Of a stretch of DNA of 64,000 bases, positions 50,756-59,926 are shown in pieces. Under the pieces are notes generated by a model, which had not been told where the DNA came from, did not search any database, and saw nothing but the letters and a program-made list of their open reading frames with translations. The translations under genes and the position numbers were made by a program. Each line of letters begins with the position of its first letter. Within the stretch, counting starts at the first letter, position 1. This stretch comes from Candidatus Deferrimicrobiaceae bacterium (lineage in GTDB: Bacteria > Desulfobacterota > Deferrimicrobia > Deferrimicrobiales > Deferrimicrobiaceae), in NCBI GenBank assembly GCA_963792415.1, contig CAWBVY010000006.1, positions 416,001-480,000 of the forward strand, in the 5' to 3' direction.

Positions 50756-52090
50756 TCAGGACTGCAGGCGGGTCTCGACGTCGCGGTACCCCGGGCTCTT
50801 TTCCTGGATCTCCCGGAAGACCTCTTGCGCCTCGTCCCGACGTCCCGCGTTCTCCAGGAGCACCGCCTTGTGGTATCGAACGTCGTTCATCTCCTTCCCT
50901 GCGGTGGATGCGGCGAGAATCGCTTCGAGCGCGGCGAGCGCCCCGTCGTAGTCGGAGCGGTCGGCCAGCGTGTCCGCAAGGAGCGACCCGGCAGCCACGA
51001 AAAGCTCCGGCTTGCGCATCGCCAGCGAAAACTCCCTCACCGCCTCGTCGAGCAGCCCCATCTCCTTATAGGCGATCCCGAGGTTGTACCGGGCCTCGAG
51101 GTCCGTGTCCCCGATCTCTTCATCGACCTTCGCCTGCAGCCGGCCGAGAGCGCTCCGGACGATGCCCTCCTCCTGCTCGTACCCGCCATCGGGGGTCCTC
51201 GTCGAGGGTGGCGGCTCCTCCGCGGGTGCGGACGGCGGAGGTCCGGGATGCGCCGGGGTCGGTGGCGGTTCCACCCGAAGCCGCTCCGCCTCGGCGCGCT
51301 TCCCGGCCGCTTCCGCGAAGGAGTACACCCCGGCGGTCGCGACATCCCACCCGCCGCGGATGGCGTCGAGAACCTCACGTACGGCCGCCTCCCGCCCGGG
51401 ATCGCCGCTGGCGGACGCGGCTTCGGCGACCCGGTCGAGGATCAGGAACCCCTCCTCCGGCTTCCCGATCGCAAGCCACAGGAAGCCACACGGTTCGAGA
51501 ACGGCCAGGTCGTTGCCGGCATGGCTCACGATGGAGCGCAAACGCTCGGAGAAATCCGCGTACATCCCGGTCGATGCCGTCTGCGGGACCGCCTTTTCCA
51601 GTTCGTTCACTGCCTCGTGCAGTTTCTTCTGGCTCCGGAGGATGTCGCAAATGTACAGGTGCGGCAGGGGGCTCTTTTTCAGGAACTCCACCGTCTGCCG
51701 GAAAAAGTCGAGCCGCTGCTCATCGGAGGTGAACCTCGTCGGATCGGATGCCACCTTCCGGAGTTCCGCCTGGGCATCCGAGGAGAGCCCTTCGTGCGCC
51801 AGAAGCCGGATCATCCACTTCTGGAAGTCGTTGTTCCCGGGGTCGTGCTTCTGCATCTGGCGCAGAACCGCGATCGCCTTGCTCGAAAACCCATCCTTCT
51901 CGTAAAGGACGGCGGTGCGGGCGAGTTGGTCCAACCCCTCTACGACCTCCCCCTGTTGCATCAGGAAGAGTCCGAGCTTCTGGCGGACCTGCGGGTCGTT
52001 CGGTGACGCCTGGACCCTCCGGGAGAGTGAAACCCGGTCCTCCTGCTCCTGCGACGTGAACAATTTCTTGAAGGAATCGAGGAATCCCAT
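50756..52090 (-). CDS. TPR protein, SgmX-like
   Basis: N-terminal TPRs with YEKDGFSSKAIAV; C-terminal YNLGIAYKEMGLLDEA and PGYRDV; directly after accC. Confidence 0.75.
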   Translation of the reverse strand: MGFLDSFKKLFTSQEQEDRVSLSRRVQASPNDPQVRQKLGLFLMQQGEVVEGLDQLARTAVLYEKDGFSSKAIAVLRQMQKHDPGNNDFQKWMIRLLAHEGLSSDAQAELRKVASDPTRFTSDEQRLDFFRQTVEFLKKSPLPHLYICDILRSQKKLHEAVNELEKAVPQTASTGMYADFSERLRSIVSHAGNDLAVLEPCGFLWLAIGKPEEGFLILDRVAEAASASGDPGREAAVREVLDAIRGGWDVATAGVYSFAEAAGKRAEAERLRVEPPPTPAHPGPPPSAPAEEPPPSTRTPDGGYEQEEGIVRSALGRLQAKVDEEIGDTDLEARYNLGIAYKEMGLLDEAVREFSLAMRKPELFVAAGSLLADTLADRSDYDGALAALEAILAASTAGKEMNDVRYHKAVLLENAGRRDEAQEVFREIQEKSPGYRDVETRLQS

Positions 52091-52092
52091 CT

Positions 52093-53430
52093 TCAGGGCC
52101 TGATTTTTTCGAGGAAGTTCGTCGAGAGTCTCGCCTCGACGAAGTCGGAGTTGACCATCATCTTCTTGTGGAACGCCACCGTCGTGCGCACGCCTTCGAT
52201 CCGGATCTCGTCGAGCGCCCTCCGCATTCGCATGATCGCCTCATTTCGGTCGTCCCCGTGCACGATCAGTTTTCCGAGCAGGGAGTCGTACGTGGACGGG
52301 ACGACGTAGCCTGGGTAGATCGCCGTGTCGACGCGGACACCGAACCCCCCCGGGAAAATGCAGGTATGAATCGGACCGGGGAAAGGAAGAAAGGTCTCCG
52401 AGTCCTCCGCGTTGATGCGGACCTCGATCGCGTGGCCGCGCATCGGAACGTCCTTCTGGGCGTAGCGCAACTTCTTTCCGTCCGCGATCCGGATCTGCTC
52501 GCGCACGATGTCGATGCCGGTCACCATCTCCGTCACCGTGTGCTCGACCTGGATCCGCGTGTTCATCTCGAGGAAATGGAAATCGCCGTCGGGAACGTAG
52601 AGGAACTCGACGGTCCCGACGCTATCGTAATTCACGCCGATGGCCGCGTCGACCGCCGCCTTCCACATCCGGTTCCGGACGCGCGCTGGAAGGGCTGGAG
52701 CGGGCGATTCCTCGATCAACTTCTGGTGGCGCCGCTGTATGGAGCAGTCGCGATCCCCAAGGTGAATCACATTCTTGTGGCGGTCCCCCATCACCTGGAC
52801 CTCGACGTGGCGCGCGTTGTCGAAATACTTCTCGATGTAGACGTCGGGAACCCCGAAGGACGACAACGCCTCCGACTGGGCCGTGAGGAACGCGTTGATG
52901 AAGGACGCCGGGCTGTGGACGATCTTCATTCCCCTGCCACCGCCGCCTGCCGCCGCCTTGACGATCACGGGGAAGCCGATCTCCTTGGCGATCCGAAGCC
53001 CCTCTTCCTCCTCGGTGACCGCCCCGTCGCTTCCCGGTACGACCGGCACCTTGACCTTCTGCACCGCGCGCCGCGCCTCGATCTTGTCCCCCATCAGGCG
53101 GATCGCCTCGGAGGAGGGGCCGATGAACCGGACGCCGTAATTGGCGCAGATCTCGGCGAAAGCGGCGTTCTCGGCGAGGAAGCCGTAGCCGGGATGGACT
53201 GCGTCCGCGTCGGTGATCTCGATCGCGGAGAGGATCGCCGGGACGTTCAGGTAGCTGTCGGCGCCCGGCGGCGGGCCAATGCAGACGGCCTGGTCCGCCA
53301 TCCGGACGTGCATCGCGTCCCTGTCCGCGGTCGAATAGACGGCGACCGTCTTGATCCCCATCTCCCGGCAGGTCCGGATGATCCGGACGGCGATCTCGCC
53401 CCGGTTCGCGATCAGCACCTTGTGGATCAT
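52093..53430 (-). CDS. accC: Acetyl-CoA carboxylase, biotin carboxylase subunit
   Basis: ANRGEIA, HPGYGFLAEN, GGGGRGM, EMNTRIQVEH. Confidence 0.97.
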   Translation of the reverse strand: MIHKVLIANRGEIAVRIIRTCREMGIKTVAVYSTADRDAMHVRMADQAVCIGPPPGADSYLNVPAILSAIEITDADAVHPGYGFLAENAAFAEICANYGVRFIGPSSEAIRLMGDKIEARRAVQKVKVPVVPGSDGAVTEEEEGLRIAKEIGFPVIVKAAAGGGGRGMKIVHSPASFINAFLTAQSEALSSFGVPDVYIEKYFDNARHVEVQVMGDRHKNVIHLGDRDCSIQRRHQKLIEESPAPALPARVRNRMWKAAVDAAIGVNYDSVGTVEFLYVPDGDFHFLEMNTRIQVEHTVTEMVTGIDIVREQIRIADGKKLRYAQKDVPMRGHAIEVRINAEDSETFLPFPGPIHTCIFPGGFGVRVDTAIYPGYVVPSTYDSLLGKLIVHGDDRNEAIMRMRRALDEIRIEGVRTTVAFHKKMMVNSDFVEARLSTNFLEKIRP

Positions 53431-53437
53431 GCCGGTA

Positions 53438-53893
53438 TTACTCCGGTGTTACGTGGAAGAGCGCCTGCCCGTACGCCACCGGCTGCGCGTTTTCCACGAT
53501 GATCGCGGCGACCGTGCCGGTGGTGTCCGACTCGATCTGGTTCATGATCTTCATCGCCTCGACGATGCACAGCACCTGTCCCTTGACCACGTGGGTCCCG
53601 ACTTCGACGAAGGGGGCGGCGTCGGGAGCCGGGGACCGGTAAAAGGTCCCGACGATCGGGGAGAGGATTTCCTTGTACGTCGGCTTCGGGGGAACCGGAG
53701 CCGCCGCCGGTTCCTCCGCCGCACGGGCCGGTGCCGCCGGGGCGGGCGCCGGCGGCGACTGGGCGACCGGAACGTTCGCCGGCCCCCTGCGAAGCTTGAG
53801 CACCATGTCCCCGCGTCCGAGCTCGAATTCGCTTACGTCGGAGCCCTTCAGCAGTTCCAGGATCTCGCGGATCTCTTTCAGGTTCATGGGCAT
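53438..53893 (-). CDS. accB: Acetyl-CoA carboxylase biotin carboxyl carrier protein
   Basis: [12 protein letters not shown] biotinylation site, Ala/Pro linker. Confidence 0.96.
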   Translation of the reverse strand: MPMNLKEIREILELLKGSDVSEFELGRGDMVLKLRRGPANVPVAQSPPAPAPAAPARAAEEPAAAPVPPKPTYKEILSPIVGTFYRSPAPDAAPFVEVGTHVVKGQVLCIVEAMKIMNQIESDTTGTVAAIIVENAQPVAYGQALFHVTPE

Positions 53894-53897
53894 CCCC

Positions 53898-54455
53898 TCA
53901 CATCCGCTCGATGTAACTTCCGGTACGCGTGTCCACCTTGATCACGTCCCCCTCGTTCAGGAAGAGGGGAACCGACACCACCGCCCCGGACTCCAGTTTC
54001 GCGGGCTTGGTCGACCCGCTCACCGTGTCGCCGCGGACGCCGGGCTCGGTTTCGACGATCTTCAAGTCGATGAAGAACGGGATATCGATCCCGATCGGCT
54101 CTCCCTTGTAGAAGAGGATCTTCACGGGGAGGTTCTCGATCAGGTAGTTCCCGGCCCCCTCCACGTGTCCCTCGTCGAGGTAGATCTGCTCGTATGTCCG
54201 CGTGTCCATGAAGTGAAACTGGCCTTCCATCCTGTACATGAACTGCATCTCGCGCTCATCGAGGTCCGGTTTCTCGACCTTGTCCCCGCTGCGGAAGGTG
54301 TGCTCGATCACCGCGCCGGTCTTGAGGTTCTTGAGCTTCGTGCGGACGAAGGCCCCCCCCTTTCCGGGCTTCACGTGCTGGAAGTAGACGATGATGAACG
54401 GCCCCCCGTCGAACTCGATCTTCAGCCCGTTGCGGAAATCCGACGTGGTGTACAT
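53898..54455 (-). CDS. efp: Elongation factor P
   Basis: [21 protein letters not shown]. Confidence 0.97.
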   Translation of the reverse strand: MYTTSDFRNGLKIEFDGGPFIIVYFQHVKPGKGGAFVRTKLKNLKTGAVIEHTFRSGDKVEKPDLDEREMQFMYRMEGQFHFMDTRTYEQIYLDEGHVEGAGNYLIENLPVKILFYKGEPIGIDIPFFIDLKIVETEPGVRGDTVSGSTKPAKLESGAVVSVPLFLNEGDVIKVDTRTGSYIERM

Positions 54456-54471
54456 CCCTGCGCGCGCCCCC

Positions 54472-55545
54472 TCAAACCAGTGGTGTGTGCGTTTTGGGCA
54501 GAAACGTGATCCGTTCGCACCCCGAGCCGGTGACCTTCAGGGTGTCCTCCAGCCGGATCCCCCCGAGACCCGGGAGATAGACGCCGGGTTCCACCGTGAT
54601 CACCATCCCCTCCTCGAGCCGCTCGCGCGACCGGGGGGAGAGGGAAGGCCGCTCATGCACGTCGAGCCCCACGCCATGTCCGGTCGAATGAACAAAATAC
54701 TTCAAATATCCCGACCGGTCCAGCGAATCCCGCACACGCGCATCCACCCCCCGGCACGATGCGCCCGGCCGAATGGAGGAGATCCCGGCCGCCTGCGCCC
54801 GACGGACGGCCTCGAACGCCTTCCCGAGGGGAGAACGCCGGGGTGCGGGGAGGATCGTCACCGTCTCGTCGGAGCAGTACCCGTTCCACCGGGCGCCGAA
54901 ATCGAGGACCAGCGGGCCATCCCCGGTGATCGCCGTCGCCGCCGGGGTCGCGTGGGGCATCGCGGAGCGGGGGCCGTCCGCGACGATCGGTGGAAAGGAA
55001 ACCCCCTCCGCCCCCCGACGGACCATCTCCCGCCCAAGGTCCGCGGCCACGTCGCGCTCCGTTTTCCCCCGGACTCCGGAGGCGAGCGCGGACAGCAGGG
55101 ACGCGGTCGCGATCGCCGTCGCGCGCTCCATCGCAAGAATCTCTCCGGGTTCTTTCCGCATCCGGATCGTCGCGACGAGGTCCTGGACGGGAACGAAACG
55201 ATCCGCCCGCCCACGGGAGACCGCCCGGAAGGAATCGACGGTGAGGTGACGGGACTCGAACCCGATCCTTCGCGCCCGGAGGGCGCGCATCCGTCGGGCG
55301 GCGGCGTTCCAAGGATCGAGGGTCACCTCCACTTCGGCTTGGCGGACCTCCGACCGGGCCTGCTCGGTGTATCTCCCGTCGGTGAACAGGACCGGACCCG
55401 CCGGAGAAACGACGAGGGCCGCGTTGCTCCCGGTGAAGCCTGTCAGATAGCGGATGTTCGAGAGCCGCACGCAGAGATATGCGTCCATGCGCCGTTTCCG
55501 CAGGGCCCCCAGGAGGCGCTCGACGCGGTGATCAAGCCCGCCCAC
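54472..55545 (-). CDS. Xaa-Pro aminopeptidase (M24 family)
   Basis: YLTGFTGS, TDGRY, YCSDETVT, HSTGHGVGLDVHE, TVEPGVY, GIRLED; GTG start 55545. Confidence 0.9.
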   Translation of the reverse strand: MGGLDHRVERLLGALRKRRMDAYLCVRLSNIRYLTGFTGSNAALVVSPAGPVLFTDGRYTEQARSEVRQAEVEVTLDPWNAAARRMRALRARRIGFESRHLTVDSFRAVSRGRADRFVPVQDLVATIRMRKEPGEILAMERATAIATASLLSALASGVRGKTERDVAADLGREMVRRGAEGVSFPPIVADGPRSAMPHATPAATAITGDGPLVLDFGARWNGYCSDETVTILPAPRRSPLGKAFEAVRRAQAAGISSIRPGASCRGVDARVRDSLDRSGYLKYFVHSTGHGVGLDVHERPSLSPRSRERLEEGMVITVEPGVYLPGLGGIRLEDTLKVTGSGCERITFLPKTHTPLV

Positions 55546-56005
55546 GGGCCCCTTCCCGCCGCAGGTGACGCAGCAGTCCGAGCAGGGCGAGGGTGTAGCC
55601 GTACCCGCCGAGGCCGCAGATCCGGCCGACGACCACGTCTTCGACCAGGGACACCTTCCGGAAATCCTCCCGGCCTGCGGGGTTGGTGAGGTGCACCTCG
55701 ATCGCCGGCAGGCCGGAGTAGAGCAGGGCGTCACGGACGGCCACACTCGTGTGCGTGTACGCCGCCGGGTTGATGACGATCCCGTCGAAACGGCGCTTCG
55801 CCGCCTGGAGCCGCTCGACCATCTCCCCCTCGTGGTTCGACTGGAAAAAGGCGACTGTCGCCCCCTCCGCCCGGGCGGCCACCGTCACCGCCTCGCGGAT
55901 GTCGGCCAACGTCTCCTTCCCGTAGACGGACGGCTCGCGATCCCCGAGGACGTTCAGGTTGGGACCGTCGACGAACAGGACCCGGAACGCCCGCTTCCCT
56001 TTCAC
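55532..56005 (-). CDS. aroQ: Type II 3-dehydroquinate dehydratase
   Basis: GPNLN.LG.REP..YG, QSNHEG, NPAAYTHTS, EVH. Confidence 0.95.
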   Translation of the reverse strand: MKGKRAFRVLFVDGPNLNVLGDREPSVYGKETLADIREAVTVAARAEGATVAFFQSNHEGEMVERLQAAKRRFDGIVINPAAYTHTSVAVRDALLYSGLPAIEVHLTNPAGREDFRKVSLVEDVVVGRICGLGGYGYTLALLGLLRHLRREGARGRA

Positions 56006-56361
56006 AGCACCTCCCGCGTGCGGCGCGCCGCCTGGCGGAGGAGGAACCGGCACTTCCCGGGGACCGTCCCCGGCTCCGTGACGATCACGAGGAAATATTC
56101 CGCGGCCACCTTGCGGATGAAGACCTGCGCGCGGTTCCCGCCGAGATGAACCTCTTCCGCCTCCCCGAGCCCGTTCTCCGAGGCGATGCGGTCGGACTCG
56201 CGGAAAAACTGGACGACCTCGGCGCAAAGGGCGGAGAGATCCCGATCTTCACCGGGCGCGCGCCACTCCTCGACGGTCAGCCCGTCCACCCCTGCCAGCG
56301 CGCCCGAGGTCACGCCTCGATCTTTCCGATGCATCTCCTCGAAGATCTCAAGAAAGGTCAT
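56002..56361 (-). CDS. mglC: Roadblock/LC7 domain protein, MglC-like
   Basis: GVDGLTVE, YFLV, GKCRFLLR pattern; located between the pilQ/aro genes and efp-accB-accC. Confidence 0.7.
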   Translation of the reverse strand: MTFLEIFEEMHRKDRGVTSGALAGVDGLTVEEWRAPGEDRDLSALCAEVVQFFRESDRIASENGLGEAEEVHLGGNRAQVFIRKVAAEYFLVIVTEPGTVPGKCRFLLRQAARRTREVL

Positions 56362-58123
56362 ATCCGTACTCCTTCGCCATGGTCTCGAGGAACCCGAGGA
56401 GTTCCGCCTCGACGAGGTCGCCCCCGGAACGAGCCTCCAACCACGCCTGGGCCCGGAGGTTCGCCGGGTCGTTGCGGAGGATCTCCCCGACGATCCGTCT
56501 CGCTGTCGTATGCTCTCCCTGGGACCAGTACAGGTCGGCCAGCGTCACCGTCCGAACCGAGGGCGCGACCGGGATTTCCGGAGGCGCCGGTTCCGGTTCC
56601 GGCTCGGCCACCACAACGGGAATTTCCGGCGGCGCCGGTTCCGGTTCCGGCTCGGCCGTCACGGCGGGCAGTTCCGGCGGCGCAGGTTCCGGTTCCGGCT
56701 CGGCCGTCACGACGGGGAGTTCCGGCGGCGCCGGTTCCGGTTCCGGCTCGGCCACCACAACGGGGATTTCCGGCGGCGCAGGTTCCGGTTCCGGCTCGGC
56801 CACCACAACGGGGATTTCCGGCGGCGCCGGTTCCGGTTCCGGCCCGGCCGTCGGAGGAGACTGCTCCTCGACGATCTCCGGCCCGGCTTCCACGGGAACC
56901 GCGAGGGCGGTCTTCTCCTCGATGGGACGGATCTCGTACACCTCGTCCCCGATCCGAACAAGATTCGAAACCGGCGACTCCTCCCGCATCGCATCCCCCG
57001 CCGGAATGTTGAGTTCCCTCGCGATCGAACGTTCCCGGATCTCCGCGCGGATTCCGGGCAGTTCCCTCCGGATCTCCGTGAGGGGGACCCGGCGCAGTTC
57101 GCAACGGCCCGGGGCGGCGACCAACGGCAGGTCGACGTCCAGCAGCATCCGCTTCTTGTCCATCCCGATGGCGGCGGCGATGGAGGTGAGGGCCACCCCC
57201 GGATCGTCGAGGGGGAATCCCATGTCGATAAGAAGCGAGACAAGGTCGTCGACCAGTTCCCCGCCGGTCACTCCGAACTTCATCCCGAGGATCGCCTCCC
57301 AGGCCAGTCCGATCGCGACCGCCTCGCCGTGGAGAAGGCGACCGTACCCACCCGATTTCTCCATCGCGTGGCCGATGGTGTGCCCGAGGTTGAGGATCTT
57401 GCGAAGCGAGGTCTCCTTCTCGTCCCGCTCGACGACGGACGCCTTGAACGTGACGGCGCGGCGAACGATCCAGCGCCATTCCTCCCCTTCGAACGCCTTC
57501 CACTTCCCGCCGGCCGAGAGAAGGCGATCCCATAGCTCGGGGTCGCCTGCAAGTGCGCATTTGACCACCTCCGCCATCCCCGCGCGGAGGTTGCGATCGT
57601 CGAGGGTCCGCAGAAAAGCGTCGTCGATGAAGACCGCCCGGGGCTGATGGAACGCCCCGACAAGATTCTTCCCCTCGGTGAGGTTGAAGCCGGTCTTTCC
57701 GCCGACGCTGCTGTCCACCTGGGAAAGGAGGGTCGTGGGCACCTGGATGCAGGAGATCCCCCGCAGGAACGTCGCGGCGGCGAATCCGGCGAGGTCGCCG
57801 ACGACCCCGCCACCGAAGGCGACGACGAGGGAATCCCGCCCGGCATCCCCGCGCGCAAGGAACCCGTAGATCTCCCTCACCGTGTCGAGGTTCTTATGTT
57901 CCTCCCCGGGAGGAAGGGCCAGGACGTCATGGGGTATGCCCGCGAGCCACCGCTGGATATCGTCCCCGTAAATGGAGGCGACGTTGCGATCGGTCACCAC
58001 GTGGACGGAGCCGCCGGGGTAAAAGCGGCAGATCCATTCCTGGAACAGGGAGTAGATCTCCCTGCCGAAGAAAATGTCGTAGGAACGGTCGCCAAGGACC
58101 ACCGTCATCGTTTCAGGGTTCAA
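56348..58123 (-). CDS. aroB: 3-dehydroquinate synthase fused to a Pro/Glu repeat linker and C-terminal TPR-like domain
   Basis: GGGVVGD, PTTLLSQVDSSVGGKT, AEVVK, LNLGHTIGHA, LHGEAV; frame continues about 230 aa to TVTLADLYWSQG; TTG start overlaps aroK stop. Confidence 0.9.
   Translation of the reverse strand: MNPETMTVVLGDRSYDIFFGREIYSLFQEWICRFYPGGSVHVVTDRNVASIYGDDIQRWLAGIPHDVLALPPGEEHKNLDTVREIYGFLARGDAGRDSLVVAFGGGVVGDLAGFAAATFLRGISCIQVPTTLLSQVDSSVGGKTGFNLTEGKNLVGAFHQPRAVFIDDAFLRTLDDRNLRAGMAEVVKCALAGDPELWDRLLSAGGKWKAFEGEEWRWIVRRAVTFKASVVERDEKETSLRKILNLGHTIGHAMEKSGGYGRLLHGEAVAIGLAWEAILGMKFGVTGGELVDDLVSLLIDMGFPLDDPGVALTSIAAAIGMDKKRMLLDVDLPLVAAPGRCELRRVPLTEIRRELPGIRAEIRERSIARELNIPAGDAMREESPVSNLVRIGDEVYEIRPIEEKTALAVPVEAGPEIVEEQSPPTAGPEPEPAPPEIPVVVAEPEPEPAPPEIPVVVAEPEPEPAPPELPVVTAEPEPEPAPPELPAVTAEPEPEPAPPEIPVVVAEPEPEPAPPEIPVAPSVRTVTLADLYWSQGEHTTARRIVGEILRNDPANLRAQAWLEARSGGDLVEAELLGFLETMAKEYGYDLS
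56568..56849. repeat. 48-bp coding tandem repeat, about 6 copies (EPEPEPAPPE[I/L]P[V/A]V[V/T]A)
   Basis: GGTTCCGGTTCCGGC[T/C]CGGCC recurs every 48 nt. Confidence 0.95.
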
Positions 58124-58659
58124 CCGGCCTGTCCCTCCGTCTGGTCGATCCAATCCGCCACCTGCCCGGCCACGTCCTCGACCGTTCGCCCGTCGGTTCG
58201 CACCGTCACGTCAGCAGTGCGATACCCCGGCACCCGGCGCGACAGCAACTCCCGCACCACCTCTTCCCGATCCCCCCCGCGAAGCAGCGGACGGCCAAGA
58301 TCCCCGCCAAGCCGCTCGAGAAGAGTCTCCACCGCGGCTTCAAGATAAACCACGGGGGCGTACGAACGGAGGAGAACCCGGTTCTCCTCGTCGGCAAACG
58401 CCCCTCCCCCCGTGGCGATCACGCACCCTTTCACCGAGAGGACGTCGCGAAGAGCAACTTTCTCCCGCACGCGAAATGCCGGCTCCCCCTCCTGGTCGAA
58501 CAGGTCCCGGATCCGGCGTCCGGTCGCCGACTCGATCCGCTCGTCCACGTCGACGAACGGAGCGCGAAACCGTCGCGCAAGTTCCCGACCGACGGAACTT
58601 TTCCCCGACCCCATGAACCCGACCAGCACGACCCCCCGGAACGCCCCGCCGCGCTTCAT
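58120..58659 (-). CDS. aroK: Shikimate kinase
   Basis: GFMGSGKS, GEPAFR, ATGGG, RPLL. Confidence 0.95.
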   Translation of the reverse strand: MKRGGAFRGVVLVGFMGSGKSSVGRELARRFRAPFVDVDERIESATGRRIRDLFDQEGEPAFRVREKVALRDVLSVKGCVIATGGGAFADEENRVLLRSYAPVVYLEAAVETLLERLGGDLGRPLLRGGDREEVVRELLSRRVPGYRTADVTVRTDGRTVEDVAGQVADWIDQTEGQAG

Positions 58660-59849
58660 TCCCCGCAGATGCGCCGAAGGTAGCCGGAATAATTATAGAG
58701 GATATCCCGCATCGCATCCCCCCCGAATTTCTCGAGGAAGGCGTCGGCCAGAACGATCGCCACCATCGTCTCCGCCACCACGGACGCGGCGGGAACCGCG
58801 CAGACGTCGCTGCGCTCGCGATGCGCCGTCGTGGCGACGTAGCGGTCGATCGTGACGGTCCTGAGAGGGACCGACTGGGTCGGGATCGGCTTCATCGCGG
58901 CCCGGACGACCATCGGCTCTCCGTTGGTCATCCCCCCCTCCAGCCCCCCGGCGCGGTTCGTGTCCCGGTGGAACGGCAGCAGATACTTCCCGAGGAACAG
59001 CGCCGCCGGATTTCCGCCGGGGAACACCTCGTCGTGGACGTCGATCCCCGGCATCCCGGCCAACCCGACCCCGCCGCCGACCTCCACCCCCTTGATGGCG
59101 GGGATGCACATCAACGCCTGCCCGAGCCTTCCGTCCAGCCGTCGGTCCCACGCGACGTACGATCCAAGTCCCGGAGGAACCCCCGTTGCGATGACCTCGA
59201 CGACACCGCCCGCCGTAGTGCCGGCCTCCTTCACCTCGTCGATCCACCGCATGACCGTGGCTTCGACCGCCGGGTCCGCCATCCGAAGCGGGCTCCCCTC
59301 GGCGCGCTCGGCCGCCTTGCGGTTCCCCTCGATCCCGGACGACACCCGATACTTCCCGATCGAGAGGACGTGTCCTACGATGGCCACCCCGAGCTCGCGG
59401 AGAAGCGCCTTCGCAAGCGCACCGGCCATGACCCGCGCGGCGGTCTCCCTGGCGCTGGCCCGCTCGAGGACGTTCCGGACATCCCCGTGCCCGTATTTCA
59501 GGATGCCGGGAAGGTCCGCGTGCCCGGGGCGGGCGGTGTCGAGGGGAGGAATCCCCTCCCCGTGCCCGTCCTGGGCCATCTTCTCCCGCCAGTTGACCCA
59601 GTCGCGGTTGCGCAGGAGCAACGCGACGGGGCCCCCCATCGCCTTCCCGAAACGGACGCCCGAGAGGATCTCGACCTCGTCCTTCTCGATCTGCATCCGT
59701 TCTCCGCGGCCGTACCCCACCTGCCGCCGGGCCAACTCCCGGTTGATCTCCTCCGCGCCAACGGGGAGGCCCGCCGGCACCCCCTCGACGATCGTGACCA
59801 GGGCCGGGCCGTGGGTCTCCCCGGCGGTCCGGAAGGTGAACTTTGCGAT
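58656..59849 (-). CDS. aroC: Chorismate synthase
   Basis: TAGETHGP, RRQVGYGRG, RPGHAD, ERASARETA, GGLEGG.TNG, MKPI, RSDVC; N-terminus extends to ATC at 59849. Confidence 0.95.
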   Translation of the reverse strand: MAKFTFRTAGETHGPALVTIVEGVPAGLPVGAEEINRELARRQVGYGRGERMQIEKDEVEILSGVRFGKAMGGPVALLLRNRDWVNWREKMAQDGHGEGIPPLDTARPGHADLPGILKYGHGDVRNVLERASARETAARVMAGALAKALLRELGVAIVGHVLSIGKYRVSSGIEGNRKAAERAEGSPLRMADPAVEATVMRWIDEVKEAGTTAGGVVEVIATGVPPGLGSYVAWDRRLDGRLGQALMCIPAIKGVEVGGGVGLAGMPGIDVHDEVFPGGNPAALFLGKYLLPFHRDTNRAGGLEGGMTNGEPMVVRAAMKPIPTQSVPLRTVTIDRYVATTAHRERSDVCAVPAASVVAETMVAIVLADAFLEKFGGDAMRDILYNYSGYLRRICGE

Positions 59850-59868
59850 GGCCTACCCCCCTTGAATG

Positions 59869-59902
59869 AAAAAAGGCACCCGGACGCAACAGCCCGGGTG
59901 CC
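59869..59902 (-). terminator. Intrinsic terminator after pilQ
   Basis: GGCACCCGG stem, loop, CCGGGTGCC then TTTTTT on the minus strand. Confidence 0.75.
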
Positions 59903-59926
59903 CTATGGTTGCCGCCCGGGCCGGGT

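Noticed and set aside
56568-56849. Regularly spaced repeats as a possible CRISPR array
   Set aside because: Units are contiguous 48-bp in-frame coding repeats without unique spacers, and no cas genes are present.
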